Shown: positions 39,639-50,178, counted from the whole stretch's first letter. The stretch: DNA of 58,441 nucleotides, filler included, from an uncultured bacterium (GCA_964609495.1; 2 parts of 2 records of this genome joined end to end with filler, not necessarily neighbours in it), one strand, 5' to 3'. The notes: generated by a model not told the origin, from the letters alone. Numbers and translations are program-made.

Positions 39639-40859
39639 TCACTTAGCACATCTAAATCCTATCTGATAATCCCTGTACCAAGGCGGATATTTAGCTCGCT
39701 TGGAACACCTAACATATACATCCGTGGTATCCCATGATCCACCTCGAACTACTTTCTCCTCTCCCGAAGCTGGTCCAGTTGGATTTCGCTCCTCTCCTTC
39801 AGAATAGGGATCATACCAATCATTGACCCATTCCCAAGCATTTCCTGCCATATCATAAACACCATAATAGCTAACTCCTGAGGGGAAACTACCAACTGGC
39901 GCGGATAATATGTAATGATCTTTACAATCGTCTAAATAATCGTCTATCCTCACTTCGCTATCAAAGTTCCCTCTACTGCAATCCCACTCGTTCCCCCAGG
40001 GCCATCTCCTACCATCAACACCTCGAGCGGCTTTCTCCCACTCAGCTTCGGTTGGTAGGCGCTTACCAGCCCATTTCGCATAAGCATAGGCTTCATACCA
40101 ACTAACTCCGATCACTGGATAATCAGGACGATAAAATTCGTTGTATTCCCAATATCTAGGTTGAATGATATTATTTTCAGTTCTCCATTTCCATCCTTCC
40201 TCGGTCCAGTATTGGCTCTCATAGTATCCGCCATCATCTATAAACACCTTGTATTCAGCATTCGTAACCTCGTAATTACCTATAGAGAAAGGATCGACAT
40301 AAACCTTGCGCCTAGGATATTCATCAGGATCGTCCTCATCGCTTCCCATAATAAATTCCCCACCTGGGATGAGGATCGTCTCCAGGAGAGATATCCTAGG
40401 GGCTTCCTCAACCTCTGCTGTTTGACCTTCTTCAGACATAACTAGAGGCATCTCACTCTTTGTGACAACTACAGGGGAAATCTCTTGAGGAACCTTCTCT
40501 GTAAGCTGTTCAGTCACTACTGAAGCCTTTTGCACTAGAGGGGCGAGGTAAGCCTTGATCTCAGTAACTTTCATCCACATCACCTCTATAGTGCCAGACC
40601 AGGGCTGTTGTCCCTCTATCTTAACCTCTAATAAGTGTTCTCCTGCTTTCACTTCGGTTAAGGTTACCGGAGTATATCCTTTAAATACTCCATCTAGGTA
40701 TACCTCAGCTCCCAAGATCTCCTCTCCTATCTCTGTAACAGCATTTATGAAGAGAGTCCCATACTCGCCGTCTATTCCATAGCTCGGCGAAGCTGAGGAT
40801 AGAATAACGATAAGCGACAAAGTTAAAATAAGAACAGATCTTTTAAACAAGGTAAACAC
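39639..40859 (-). CDS. Secreted PEGA + FGE-sulfatase (SUMF1) domain protein
   Basis: GAEVYLDG..GYTP PEGA; F.MGS, EVTN, RLPTEAEWEKAARG, DMAGNAWEW, RGGSW and IGFRC motifs. Confidence 0.9.
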   Translation of the reverse strand: MFTLFKRSVLILTLSLIVILSSASPSYGIDGEYGTLFINAVTEIGEEILGAEVYLDGVFKGYTPVTLTEVKAGEHLLEVKIEGQQPWSGTIEVMWMKVTEIKAYLAPLVQKASVVTEQLTEKVPQEISPVVVTKSEMPLVMSEEGQTAEVEEAPRISLLETILIPGGEFIMGSDEDDPDEYPRRKVYVDPFSIGNYEVTNAEYKVFIDDGGYYESQYWTEEGWKWRTENNIIQPRYWEYNEFYRPDYPVIGVSWYEAYAYAKWAGKRLPTEAEWEKAARGVDGRRWPWGNEWDCSRGNFDSEVRIDDYLDDCKDHYILSAPVGSFPSGVSYYGVYDMAGNAWEWVNDWYDPYSEGEERNPTGPASGEEKVVRGGSWDTTDVYVRCSKRAKYPPWYRDYQIGFRCAK

Positions 40860-40879
40860 CTCCTAAATTAGTTTGAAAA

Positions 40880-40990
40880 GTAGAAAATGGAAAATAGAAG
40901 GCGAGATACCGATCCTTAGCATGAATAGCTAAAAACTGAATAAGAGAGAAACCGTGACGCCCAATTCTATTTTCCATTTTCCAATTCTAC
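40880..40990. repeat. Inverted arrays of 7-bp repeats around a spacer
   Basis: GAAAATGGAAAATAGAA ... TTCTATTTTCCATTTTC. Confidence 0.65.
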
Positions 40991-41057
40991 CACATAGGGT
41001 TGTGATATCCCCGAGGCAAGCCTCGGAGTTTTCTTGATACGTTTTATAACCACTAGA

Positions 41058-42986
41058 TTACATAGCCGCAGCTGCTACCTTTACCTCCTCCTCTTCATAC
41101 ATCATCGGACTTAACTTCAATTGAGCGCGCTTCTTGTTCATATGCTCGATCATTAAGTAAGCGGCTTTGATCGGATCAGCCTCGAAAGCATATCTCGCGC
41201 CTATTATATCCTCCAACTCTTCGCAAATAAGTTTAGTGACGTTGGAACTTCCCAGGATCGGTAGAGGATTGCTAAAGACGGTGAAGATCCCCGAGGAAAC
41301 GACGTAGAAGCCTATAGATATAGCCTTATCGGACATCCATTCGGGAGCTGCCCCAGCAACCGGCAGATCGCTGATATCTTCGCCTAAGCCCCCCTCTTTA
41401 AGAATATCACAGCAGGCAAGCAGGATTCGACTGTTATCAACGCAAGAACCGACATGCAGAACTGGGGGGATTCCAACAGCCTCACAGATCTCCCTCAAAC
41501 CTCGCCCTGCATATTCACGAGCGGCTTCAGGTCTTAGTAATCCCGCTTTGGCACAAGCTATGGCAGAGCAACCCGTCTGGACCACTAACACATCATTCTT
41601 GATCAACTCCTTTACCATAGCTACATGCGCATAATCATGCTTAATTTTGGGATTGTTACAACCCACGACCCCGGCAATCCCTCTCAATCGTCCGGATATT
41701 ATCCCATCGTTTAAGGGGCGATAGGAGGGGCGATATTTACCACCGAGAAATTTATATACGGTATCGACAGTAAAGCCCCCAATTAGATCCATCTTCTCCT
41801 TGGGAATATCTACCAGATCCTTATTTCGATTGGGGAAATTTTCGATAGCCTGGCGGACGATCTTCTTGGCAATAGGGATAGCCTCTTCTTCCTCAAATTG
41901 AATATGAGTAGCGCCAGGAATTCTACCCTTCGGCGAGGTAGTAACAACTTTAGTGTGATAAAAACTTGCGACTTCTGGCAAACTAGGCATAATGCACTGA
42001 ACATCGACTAAAATTAACTCGACTGCGCCAGTGACAACTGCTAACTCCTGCTGGAGGAAATTCCCAGCGGCAGGAATGCCATGTCTCATTAAAATCTCAG
42101 TAGCAGTGCAACATATACCAGAGATATTGATACCCTTGGCTCCCTTCTCCTTCGCCAACGCGATCAACTCCGGGTCTTGAGAGGCTATGACTATCATCTC
42201 AGAGAGTATCGGCTCATGTCCATGCACCACAAGATTAACCTCATCCTCCTTGAGCACACCTAGATTAACTTGAGCCCGAATAGGGGTAGGAGAGCCGAAA
42301 AGCACATCCTGGAGATCGGTAGCGATCATCGATCCTCCCCAACCATCAGCTATACATGTCCTTATCCCGTGCATGATGATATTCTTATAATCAGCATCTA
42401 CTCCTATGTGATCTCTATGCAGAGTTTCTACAATCTCCCGATCAACTCCCCTGGGAACGACGCCCAACTTTCGCCATAGTTCCTGTCTCCTTTGAGGAGC
42501 GCGTTTAATGAATGCTAGCTCGCCTTCTTGTTGTCCAAACTGAGCATAGGCTATCTTTGCTACATCCTTGGCGATCTCTTTGATATCTCTTCCGTCAACT
42601 TTTACCTCAAGGTCCTCCGCAATTCTCTTGAGTTTCTTTTCATTGGTGATCTTATATCCCTCCGCCTTCCCCTCCGCAACCTCAAAAAAAGTTCTAGCAA
42701 CGTCTCGACCATGATCGGAGTGAGCTGCCGCTCCAACCGCTATCTTGAGTGCTAAGTTACGAGCAACGATCGTATCTACATTAGCTCCACATACACCTCT
42801 ACTAGTCTTCTTAGTTATACGACAAGGTCCCATATTGCAAAATCGACAGCATACTCCCGACTGCCCAAAACGACATTGAGGTTGCATCGCATCATGTCTA
42901 TCCCATACAGTTTGAATATTCTCTTGTTCTGCCTTATCGAGCATTTGGATAGCTGTAACATCTATACTTCTATCCTTAGAAGCCAT
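41058..42986 (-). CDS. cooS: Anaerobic Ni-dependent carbon monoxide dehydrogenase, catalytic subunit
   Basis: QPQCRFG..GVCCRFCNMGPC, AAHSDH, HGHEP, GICCT, DVQC, GCNN, TGC, GSCVDN and PEWMSDKA motifs. Confidence 0.96.
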   Translation of the reverse strand: MASKDRSIDVTAIQMLDKAEQENIQTVWDRHDAMQPQCRFGQSGVCCRFCNMGPCRITKKTSRGVCGANVDTIVARNLALKIAVGAAAHSDHGRDVARTFFEVAEGKAEGYKITNEKKLKRIAEDLEVKVDGRDIKEIAKDVAKIAYAQFGQQEGELAFIKRAPQRRQELWRKLGVVPRGVDREIVETLHRDHIGVDADYKNIIMHGIRTCIADGWGGSMIATDLQDVLFGSPTPIRAQVNLGVLKEDEVNLVVHGHEPILSEMIVIASQDPELIALAKEKGAKGINISGICCTATEILMRHGIPAAGNFLQQELAVVTGAVELILVDVQCIMPSLPEVASFYHTKVVTTSPKGRIPGATHIQFEEEEAIPIAKKIVRQAIENFPNRNKDLVDIPKEKMDLIGGFTVDTVYKFLGGKYRPSYRPLNDGIISGRLRGIAGVVGCNNPKIKHDYAHVAMVKELIKNDVLVVQTGCSAIACAKAGLLRPEAAREYAGRGLREICEAVGIPPVLHVGSCVDNSRILLACCDILKEGGLGEDISDLPVAGAAPEWMSDKAISIGFYVVSSGIFTVFSNPLPILGSSNVTKLICEELEDIIGARYAFEADPIKAAYLMIEHMNKKRAQLKLSPMMYEEEEVKVAAAAM

Positions 42987-43188
42987 ATACTCTTTCCCCC
43001 TATATTTAAAGATTAAACTTCTCTAATTTAAGGCGTCGTTATATATCTCCTCTGCTTCTTGCTCAGTGTTGTAAAATTACATCCCTCCCTCTTTATTTTT
43101 TCAGAACCGGATATATCCCAGTTACTCAGCAAATCTGAGCTTTACCCGGTTTTCATTCCCTCATAAATAGTAACTCTTCTTATCTAAA

Positions 43189-43217
43189 ATTATACCATAA
43201 CTAGATCTATAATGCAA
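43189..43217 (-). promoter_or_regulatory. sigma70 promoter (extended -10) for cooS
   Basis: TTGCAT-N17-TATAAT. Confidence 0.55.
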
Positions 43218-43286
43218 CTAATTTTGAGAGTATAGGTATGATTTTGGGATTTAATATTATTATCTCTTACACCAGTAGTTATTGAA

Positions 43287-43694
43287 CTAGAAATAAACCT
43301 TTATCGCCCTGGTAGGACACGATTTTACGCACATCTCACAAGCCACACACTTCGAATCATCGAAGAGTACTTTCATAGTCTCTGGCTCCATATAAAGGGC
43401 TCCAGAAGGACAGATTGCTACACATAATCCACAATGGATACACTTATCTTCATCTCGCACTATATCTTGACTTAGGGGCTGAATTTTAACTCCTAGATCG
43501 GTGAGGTATTTGATCCCGTCATCGTAATCTTTCCTTTTACCTATTAACTCTAACACTAGAAAACCCTCTTCCCCAGGTGTGATGCTAGCTTTAAGGATAT
43601 TGAAGATCAAATCGAAATCCTTGACCAAGCGATAGACGATGGGCTGCCCTGCTATAGTAATGGGAAAGTGAAGCACAATTTTCTTAGAAAACAG
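43287..43694 (-). CDS. NIL domain + 2[4Fe-4S] ferredoxin
   Basis: LHFP..QPIVY.LVKDFDL.FNILKA; CIHCGLCVAICP and CVACEMCVKSCP; possible CTG start at 43694. Confidence 0.85.
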   Translation of the reverse strand: MFSKKIVLHFPITIAGQPIVYRLVKDFDLIFNILKASITPGEEGFLVLELIGKRKDYDDGIKYLTDLGVKIQPLSQDIVRDEDKCIHCGLCVAICPSGALYMEPETMKVLFDDSKCVACEMCVKSCPTRAIKVYF

Positions 43695-43730
43695 CGTTGA
43701 TCATCTCCTTACCTTTAATCAATCTGACTC

Positions 43731-43783
43731 TGTCATAATGACACATCGCTCCCGATTATACTAATAGATATGTCATAATGACA
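43731..43783. promoter_or_regulatory. Two identical palindromic operator-like boxes TGTCATAATGACA
   Basis: At 43731-43743 and 43771-43783, 40 bp apart. Confidence 0.6.
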
Positions 43784-43833
43784 TCACTGTATCATCCCTT
43801 TATTGATAATTCGATTTGAGCATATCATTACTT

Positions 43834-43863
43834 ATTATAGCAAACAAGAAGTAGCTATGTCAA
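43834..43863 (-). promoter_or_regulatory. sigma70 promoter for the NIL-ferredoxin gene
   Basis: TTGACA-N18-TATAAT with TGn extension. Confidence 0.65.
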
Positions 43864-43884
43864 CTACTTTTGAGCTAAAGATTT

Positions 43885-44264
43885 TGTAAAATTTCGTGCT
43901 GAGGATAGATTGAGTAGCTTCAAAGAAGTTTTTGACTATTTTGTCGGAGATGTTCGAGAGCAGATTAGCCTTTGAACTCCCTCAAACCACCCTCCCCCTA
44001 ACCCCCTCCCATCGAGGGAGGGGGGGAATAAAGGGCTTTAGTTCAATCTCAGCGTTCCCTCTCCCCTCGTGGGAGAGGGCCAGGGTGAGGGGGAATTATA
44101 ATTCGATCTGAAATCATTTTGATCCCCGATTCTATACGCATCCTATCAACAATCATTAATGAATGCACTCAGGGAGACAATTTACTCTTTATAGAGCTTC
44201 GGGGTAACAAATTATTTATGCTCTACTATCAGACATCGATTTATTCCCAGCACGGAAAATTACA
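43885..44264. mobile_element. Putative MITE with 26-bp imperfect TGT..ACA terminal inverted repeats
   Basis: TGTAAAATTTCGTGCTGAGGATAGAT vs TGTAATTTTCCGTGCTGGGAATAAAT (20/26 identical). Confidence 0.5.
43988..44093. repeat. REP/BIME-like two-hairpin element, copy 4 (inverted)
   Basis: Reverse-complement homologue of 10183-10286. Confidence 0.85.
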
Positions 44265-44312
44265 TGCTTACTTATATCTACCGCTATTTTGACAAATAGG
44301 ATTTACCCAATA

Positions 44313-44328
44313 TGGTATGATTTTTGCT
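44313..44328 (+). promoter_or_regulatory. Candidate sigma54 promoter for groESL
   Basis: TGGTAT-N5-TTGCT with GG-N10-GC spacing. Confidence 0.55.
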
Positions 44329-44370
44329 ATTTATTGTTTAGAAGTTTAACTTATCCATCAAGATCGTATC

Positions 44371-44470
44371 TAAGTGAACTTTCTTTTCTGGTAACTTTTT
44401 TACCTTGAGTCCTTTTTGAAGCAAAAGTTACCAGAACACTTGAGTTCTATTGACTGCAAAAGTTCCCTTA
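44371..44470. repeat. Nested double copy of the CTTGAGT..GCAAAAGTT palindromic element upstream of groES
   Basis: Inner stem TTCTGGTAACTTTT/AAAAGTTACCAGAA; outer stem TAAGTGAACTTT/AAAGTTCCCTTA. Confidence 0.75.
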
Positions 44471-44511
44471 CTAATTGATGAGCATAATTAAGTTGAAAGG
44501 AGAGATGATAA

Positions 44512-44802
44512 GTGACGATCAAGCCTCTAGCTGATAGAGTATTGGTGGAGAGAATTGAGGAAGAAGTGGTTAAACAGGGCGGGATTATAATCCCTGATAC
44601 TGCTAAGGAGAGACCTCAGCAAGGAATGATTATCGCGGTAGGCCCTGGCAAGCTTAGTGATAAAGGGGAAAGAGAAGCTTCGCAGGTTAAGGAAGGAGAT
44701 AAAGTTCTCTTTGCCAAATATGCTGGAACAGAAGTGAAGGTGGACGATAAAGAGTATCTAATTATGAGAGAAGACGATATTCTCGCTATTATTACCGAGT
44801 AA
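44512..44802 (+). CDS. groES: Co-chaperonin GroES
   Basis: [30 protein letters not shown] and REDDILA motifs. Confidence 0.98.
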   Translation: MTIKPLADRVLVERIEEEVVKQGGIIIPDTAKERPQQGMIIAVGPGKLSDKGEREASQVKEGDKVLFAKYAGTEVKVDDKEYLIMREDDILAIITE

Positions 44803-46458
<1,656 letters not shown>

Positions 46459-46495
46459 TAGTTTGGGAAGGGCTAAACTGTGGTAAACGATATAT

Positions 46496-46520
46496 AAGGG
46501 GATAGAATATCTATCCCCTT
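46496..46520 (+). terminator. Hairpin after groEL
   Basis: AAGGGGATAGA-ATA-TCTATCCCCTT. Confidence 0.55.
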
Positions 46521-46558
46521 AATAGAGTATATCGTTTATCATCTTCGAGGTGATAATA

Positions 46559-47515
46559 ATGATTCGAACTGAGAATCTAACCAAGATGTATGATAGTGTG
46601 GTAGCAGTTAAGGATTTAAACTTGAACGTTAAAGAAGGGGAGATATACGGATTTCTGGGGCCTAATGGAGCAGGGAAGACCACCACTATCCTAATGCTCC
46701 TTGGCATTTTAAAACCTACTGCGGGAAGTATTTACCTATTCGATAAGAAGCTTGGGGATGATTACTTCGGAATAAAGAAGAGGATTGGAGTTGTCTCAGA
46801 AAATCAATATCTCTATGAGGAGATGACTGCGAGTGAATATCTCAACTTCTTCTGCGATCTCTACGAGGTGAAGAGTAAGCGGGATCGGACAGCGGACCTG
46901 CTTAAAAGGGTGGATTTATATGAGGTGCGGAATAGAAGATTAGGGGGATTCTCCCGCGGTATGAAGCAGAAGGCAGGAATAGCCAGAGCCCTGCTTCATG
47001 ATCCGGATCTATTAATTATGGATGAGCCGGTGTCCGGACTCGACCCCACGGGTATAAAGGAAGTTAGAGATCTAGTGATGGAGGAGAATAAAGCTGGACG
47101 AACGATATTTATCTCCTCCCATATCCTCTCCGAAGTAGAGAAAATCTGCAATCGGGTGGGGATAATAAATAAGGCAGTGTTAGTAGCTGAGGATAGGATG
47201 GATAATATAAAGAAGCGTCTTACTGAAGAGGCGATCTTGGAGATAGAATTGGACGATCTGAAACCTGAGCTGGTTTCGAGTCTCTCTTCTCTCCCCTTTG
47301 TTCACAATCTCAATACAGATGAGAACAGGATGCTTGTTCGAACGGATATTGATAGAGATTACCGAGCGGATATCTCAAAGGCTATAACTAGTCAAGATAG
47401 CACCATCATCGGAATGAAGTCCTTAGAGATGAGCTTGGAGGAGGCTTTTGTGACCATAACCCAGCAGAATATCTCCTTGCTCACCGAAGCTACCGAAGGG
47501 AGTGAGATAAATTGA
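46559..47515 (+). CDS. ABC exporter ATP-binding protein
   Basis: GPNGAGKT, FSRGMKQ, MDEP and SSH motifs. Confidence 0.93.
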   Translation: MIRTENLTKMYDSVVAVKDLNLNVKEGEIYGFLGPNGAGKTTTILMLLGILKPTAGSIYLFDKKLGDDYFGIKKRIGVVSENQYLYEEMTASEYLNFFCDLYEVKSKRDRTADLLKRVDLYEVRNRRLGGFSRGMKQKAGIARALLHDPDLLIMDEPVSGLDPTGIKEVRDLVMEENKAGRTIFISSHILSEVEKICNRVGIINKAVLVAEDRMDNIKKRLTEEAILEIELDDLKPELVSSLSSLPFVHNLNTDENRMLVRTDIDRDYRADISKAITSQDSTIIGMKSLEMSLEEAFVTITQQNISLLTEATEGSEIN

Positions 47516-48387
47516 GCCAGCGAGTTAATTCTATCTTCGTGATGGCTAAAAGAGAGCTTCGCTCGATGCTATATGGTTTAGGATTCTATATGGCTATCTT
47601 CATCTCCTTCCTGGTATCATCCTATCTTCTGAAAAACTATGCGTTGGGGATATATAACAGCGGAAGCTCTTTCATCGCTGATCCCTTCGGTCAACCACTC
47701 TATTGGTCGGCGATAATCTGCTCCATCTATCTATCGATCTTCGTCCTAACTTCGATCGCTGGAGATAAGGAACATAGGACAATTGAGGTTCTCTTCTATG
47801 GACCAGTGGATGATATATCTTATGCGGTGTCTAAGTATCTAACCGGGATGATGAGTTACCTAATGCTGGCAGTTCTCCTAGTTCTCTATTTCCTTATCTC
47901 TTCTCAGATAACGAATTTCGATTTCTCCTTAAACTTCATCCAATCGGTTATCCTCTCGATCTTCCTTGCCTCCTGTATGATCGCCTTTGGGATATTTCTC
48001 TCTACCTTTGTATCCCAAGTGCGAACCTCGATCCTTCTCTTCATAGTTGTAATGGTGGGCTTACTGGCGATTCAGATAGCCTATCGGGATATTAACTCCC
48101 TGTTGTTATCGATAGTAAGACAAGGAGTAACTAAAGGAGCATCGGTTGAGGACATTAGTAAAGCGGTTCCTTCTTCTTATCTCTATATTAGAGATGCTGT
48201 AACTTTTATCTATAATCTATTGCGCTGGATATCTCCCTTCTCCTATATGAGCCGAGGTATGGTTGCGGCCTCTCAGGGTAGTAATATAGAATTTTGGCTT
48301 AGCATCCTCTCCTCGGTTATATATACCCTGGTTATGATGGGGGTATCTATGATTATCCTGCGTAAGAAGGGAGTGAGGATAGTATGA
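47512..48387 (+). CDS. ABC-2 type permease
   Basis: About six TMs, KRELR, SIAGDKE.RTIE.L; overlaps the ATPase stop. Confidence 0.85.
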   Translation: MSQRVNSIFVMAKRELRSMLYGLGFYMAIFISFLVSSYLLKNYALGIYNSGSSFIADPFGQPLYWSAIICSIYLSIFVLTSIAGDKEHRTIEVLFYGPVDDISYAVSKYLTGMMSYLMLAVLLVLYFLISSQITNFDFSLNFIQSVILSIFLASCMIAFGIFLSTFVSQVRTSILLFIVVMVGLLAIQIAYRDINSLLLSIVRQGVTKGASVEDISKAVPSSYLYIRDAVTFIYNLLRWISPFSYMSRGMVAASQGSNIEFWLSILSSVIYTLVMMGVSMIILRKKGVRIV

Positions 48388-49817
48388 TGTTAGGAGGAAA
48401 AAATAGAGAATTGAGGATAGAGAATAGAAATTGGAATCATCTTTTTTCCAATTTCCGATTTGTCGAGATTATTTGCCTTCTGCTGGTTTCACTCTCGATC
48501 CTTCTGCCCTCGCTGATAGGGGGAGCTGCCCCTCCGCCTCGAGAGAAACAATTGGTGTATGGGTTGAGCGCCTTTAACGGAGGGAATGGATATGGGGGAT
48601 CCTTCTGCCCTAAGAGTGAGGGCACCATCTACCTAGTCGCTAATAGTGACAATGCTCTCTCCCCACGTATGACCGAGGTATATTATTGGGCTATTACTAG
48701 AAGATATATGGCTGATTGGAATGCTCTAAATGAGGAAGTCAAAGGAGAGATGGAGATCTTACAGGATGGGAAGGTAATTAAGACCCTTGAGAAGATGAGT
48801 TATACGCTTTATCAACCGGAGGGGATCTTCTCCGATGTCGGGACCCTCTATTCTGAGGAGGAAGCAGAGAAATTATTTGAGCAGTATGAGAAAGATATTG
48901 ATGATTATATCGACCGGAGGATGCAATTCCTCGATGATAAGAGTAAGTACGAGGAGGAGATAAGCAAACTTCTTCAGATGCTCAGCGAGATGAGAGAAGA
49001 GGCGGAAGCTAGGGGTGAAGAGCCTCCTGTTATCCCTCGAGAGGAGATCCCAGAGGCCCCTGTAGAACCTAAGCCACCCAGTTACTACGTTACGAAGCCT
49101 AGCGGGGCCTACATCGTCAATTTAGCAGAAGGAGAGTATGAGATAAGGATCAAGGACGAGAAGGGAAAGATCGTAGAGGGGAGTCAAAAGAAGCTTATAG
49201 TGTTTAAAGAGAGACGATCGGGGGTAGGATATAAGCTTATGGAGGAGACTAACTGGACAAAACCAGACTATTATGATGATCCTAGCGATACCCTCTATGT
49301 GAGCGGAAGGAAGACTATCTACTTCCTTCAGCCTTTTGATGAGAGGGAATACAATGAATTCCAGCACCGGAAAGCGATGGAATCTCAAGATCGAAGTGGT
49401 TGGGAGGGAAATTGGATCTGGGTTCACAGTGATCCCAAAAAGGATGTAACTATCGAGTTCTTCCAGAATGGGAAGCTGATTGAGAAGATAGAGGAGAAGG
49501 AATTTTATGTGGAGCAAAGCTATATCAGTCCCATTGGATACAACATTATAGAATATGATGAAGAGGAGATGCCCTATGTCGAGCCTTCCTTCTCAGCTCA
49601 CCGGTTGGTATTAGAAGCTCAGAGAGGGGCAACTGAATACTCTATCCGTTTGCTCGATGCTGACGGGAAGGAGATCAAACTGGCTTCGAGAAAGATAAGA
49701 GTAGTGAAGGGGGGAAGGGAGAATATCTTATACCTCTTAGCACTTTCTCCTCTAGTTTTGGGAGCAGTGGTTTTTATATGGAGAAGGAGCGCGATCCTCT
49801 CGCTTAAGAATAGATGA
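48384..49817 (+). CDS. Extracytoplasmic ABC-associated protein, anchored at both ends
   Basis: N-terminal hydrophobic segment, coiled coil and Pro-rich linker, C-terminal TM followed by WRR. Confidence 0.65.
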   Translation: MMLGGKNRELRIENRNWNHLFSNFRFVEIICLLLVSLSILLPSLIGGAAPPPREKQLVYGLSAFNGGNGYGGSFCPKSEGTIYLVANSDNALSPRMTEVYYWAITRRYMADWNALNEEVKGEMEILQDGKVIKTLEKMSYTLYQPEGIFSDVGTLYSEEEAEKLFEQYEKDIDDYIDRRMQFLDDKSKYEEEISKLLQMLSEMREEAEARGEEPPVIPREEIPEAPVEPKPPSYYVTKPSGAYIVNLAEGEYEIRIKDEKGKIVEGSQKKLIVFKERRSGVGYKLMEETNWTKPDYYDDPSDTLYVSGRKTIYFLQPFDEREYNEFQHRKAMESQDRSGWEGNWIWVHSDPKKDVTIEFFQNGKLIEKIEEKEFYVEQSYISPIGYNIIEYDEEEMPYVEPSFSAHRLVLEAQRGATEYSIRLLDADGKEIKLASRKIRVVKGGRENILYLLALSPLVLGAVVFIWRRSAILSLKNR

Positions 49818-49863
49818 TTTTATCTCTTTTCTACAAATATCTTGGAAAAAAGGGGGCTTTACT

Positions 49864-50127
49864 ATGCCTACTTATGAGTATGAATGCAATAATTGCGGAT
49901 ACAAGTTTGAGGCGTTCCAGAGCATCAAAGCTGATCCCCTAACGAAATGTCCAAAGTGTGGAGGCGAGGTCGTTCGGCTGATCTCCAAGAATGTCGGTCT
50001 GATCTTCAAGGGGTCTGGTTTCTATATCACTGATTATCGAAGTGAGGATTATAAGAGGAAAGCCAAGGAGGAAAAGGAGAAATCTGCCACTAGTTCTGAT
50101 ACCTCCAAAAGCGATTCCAAAGATTGA
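49864..50127 (+). CDS. FmdB-family zinc-ribbon protein
   Basis: MPTYEYECNNCG..CPKCGG..FKGSGFYITDY. Confidence 0.92.
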   Translation: MPTYEYECNNCGYKFEAFQSIKADPLTKCPKCGGEVVRLISKNVGLIFKGSGFYITDYRSEDYKRKAKEEKEKSATSSDTSKSDSKD

Positions 50128-50142
50128 GATTTATATAATTGA

Positions 50143-50178
50143 ATATAGCTGGGGGATTGTAATCTCCCAGCTATTATA
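50143..50178. terminator. Hairpin between convergent genes
   Basis: ATAGCTGGGGGATTG/TAATCTCCCAGCTAT. Confidence 0.6.

Noticed and set aside
39639-39760. DGR variable region in the FGE domain
   Set aside because: No template repeat or reverse transcriptase seen in the window
41008-41035. CCGAGGCAAGCCTCGG hairpin as the cooS terminator
   Set aside because: The T-tract is on the wrong strand for cooS; may be another REP/IS-type hairpin, but it is single-copy
43040-43075. NiCo riboswitch (ACTGAGCA motif) before cooS
   Set aside because: The 3' GGGACAG strand and the four-way junction are missing
44433-44460. CIRCE element
   Set aside because: Arms match only 5/9 and 7/9 with a 10-nt spacer; the sequence is a degenerate copy of the CTTGAGT element
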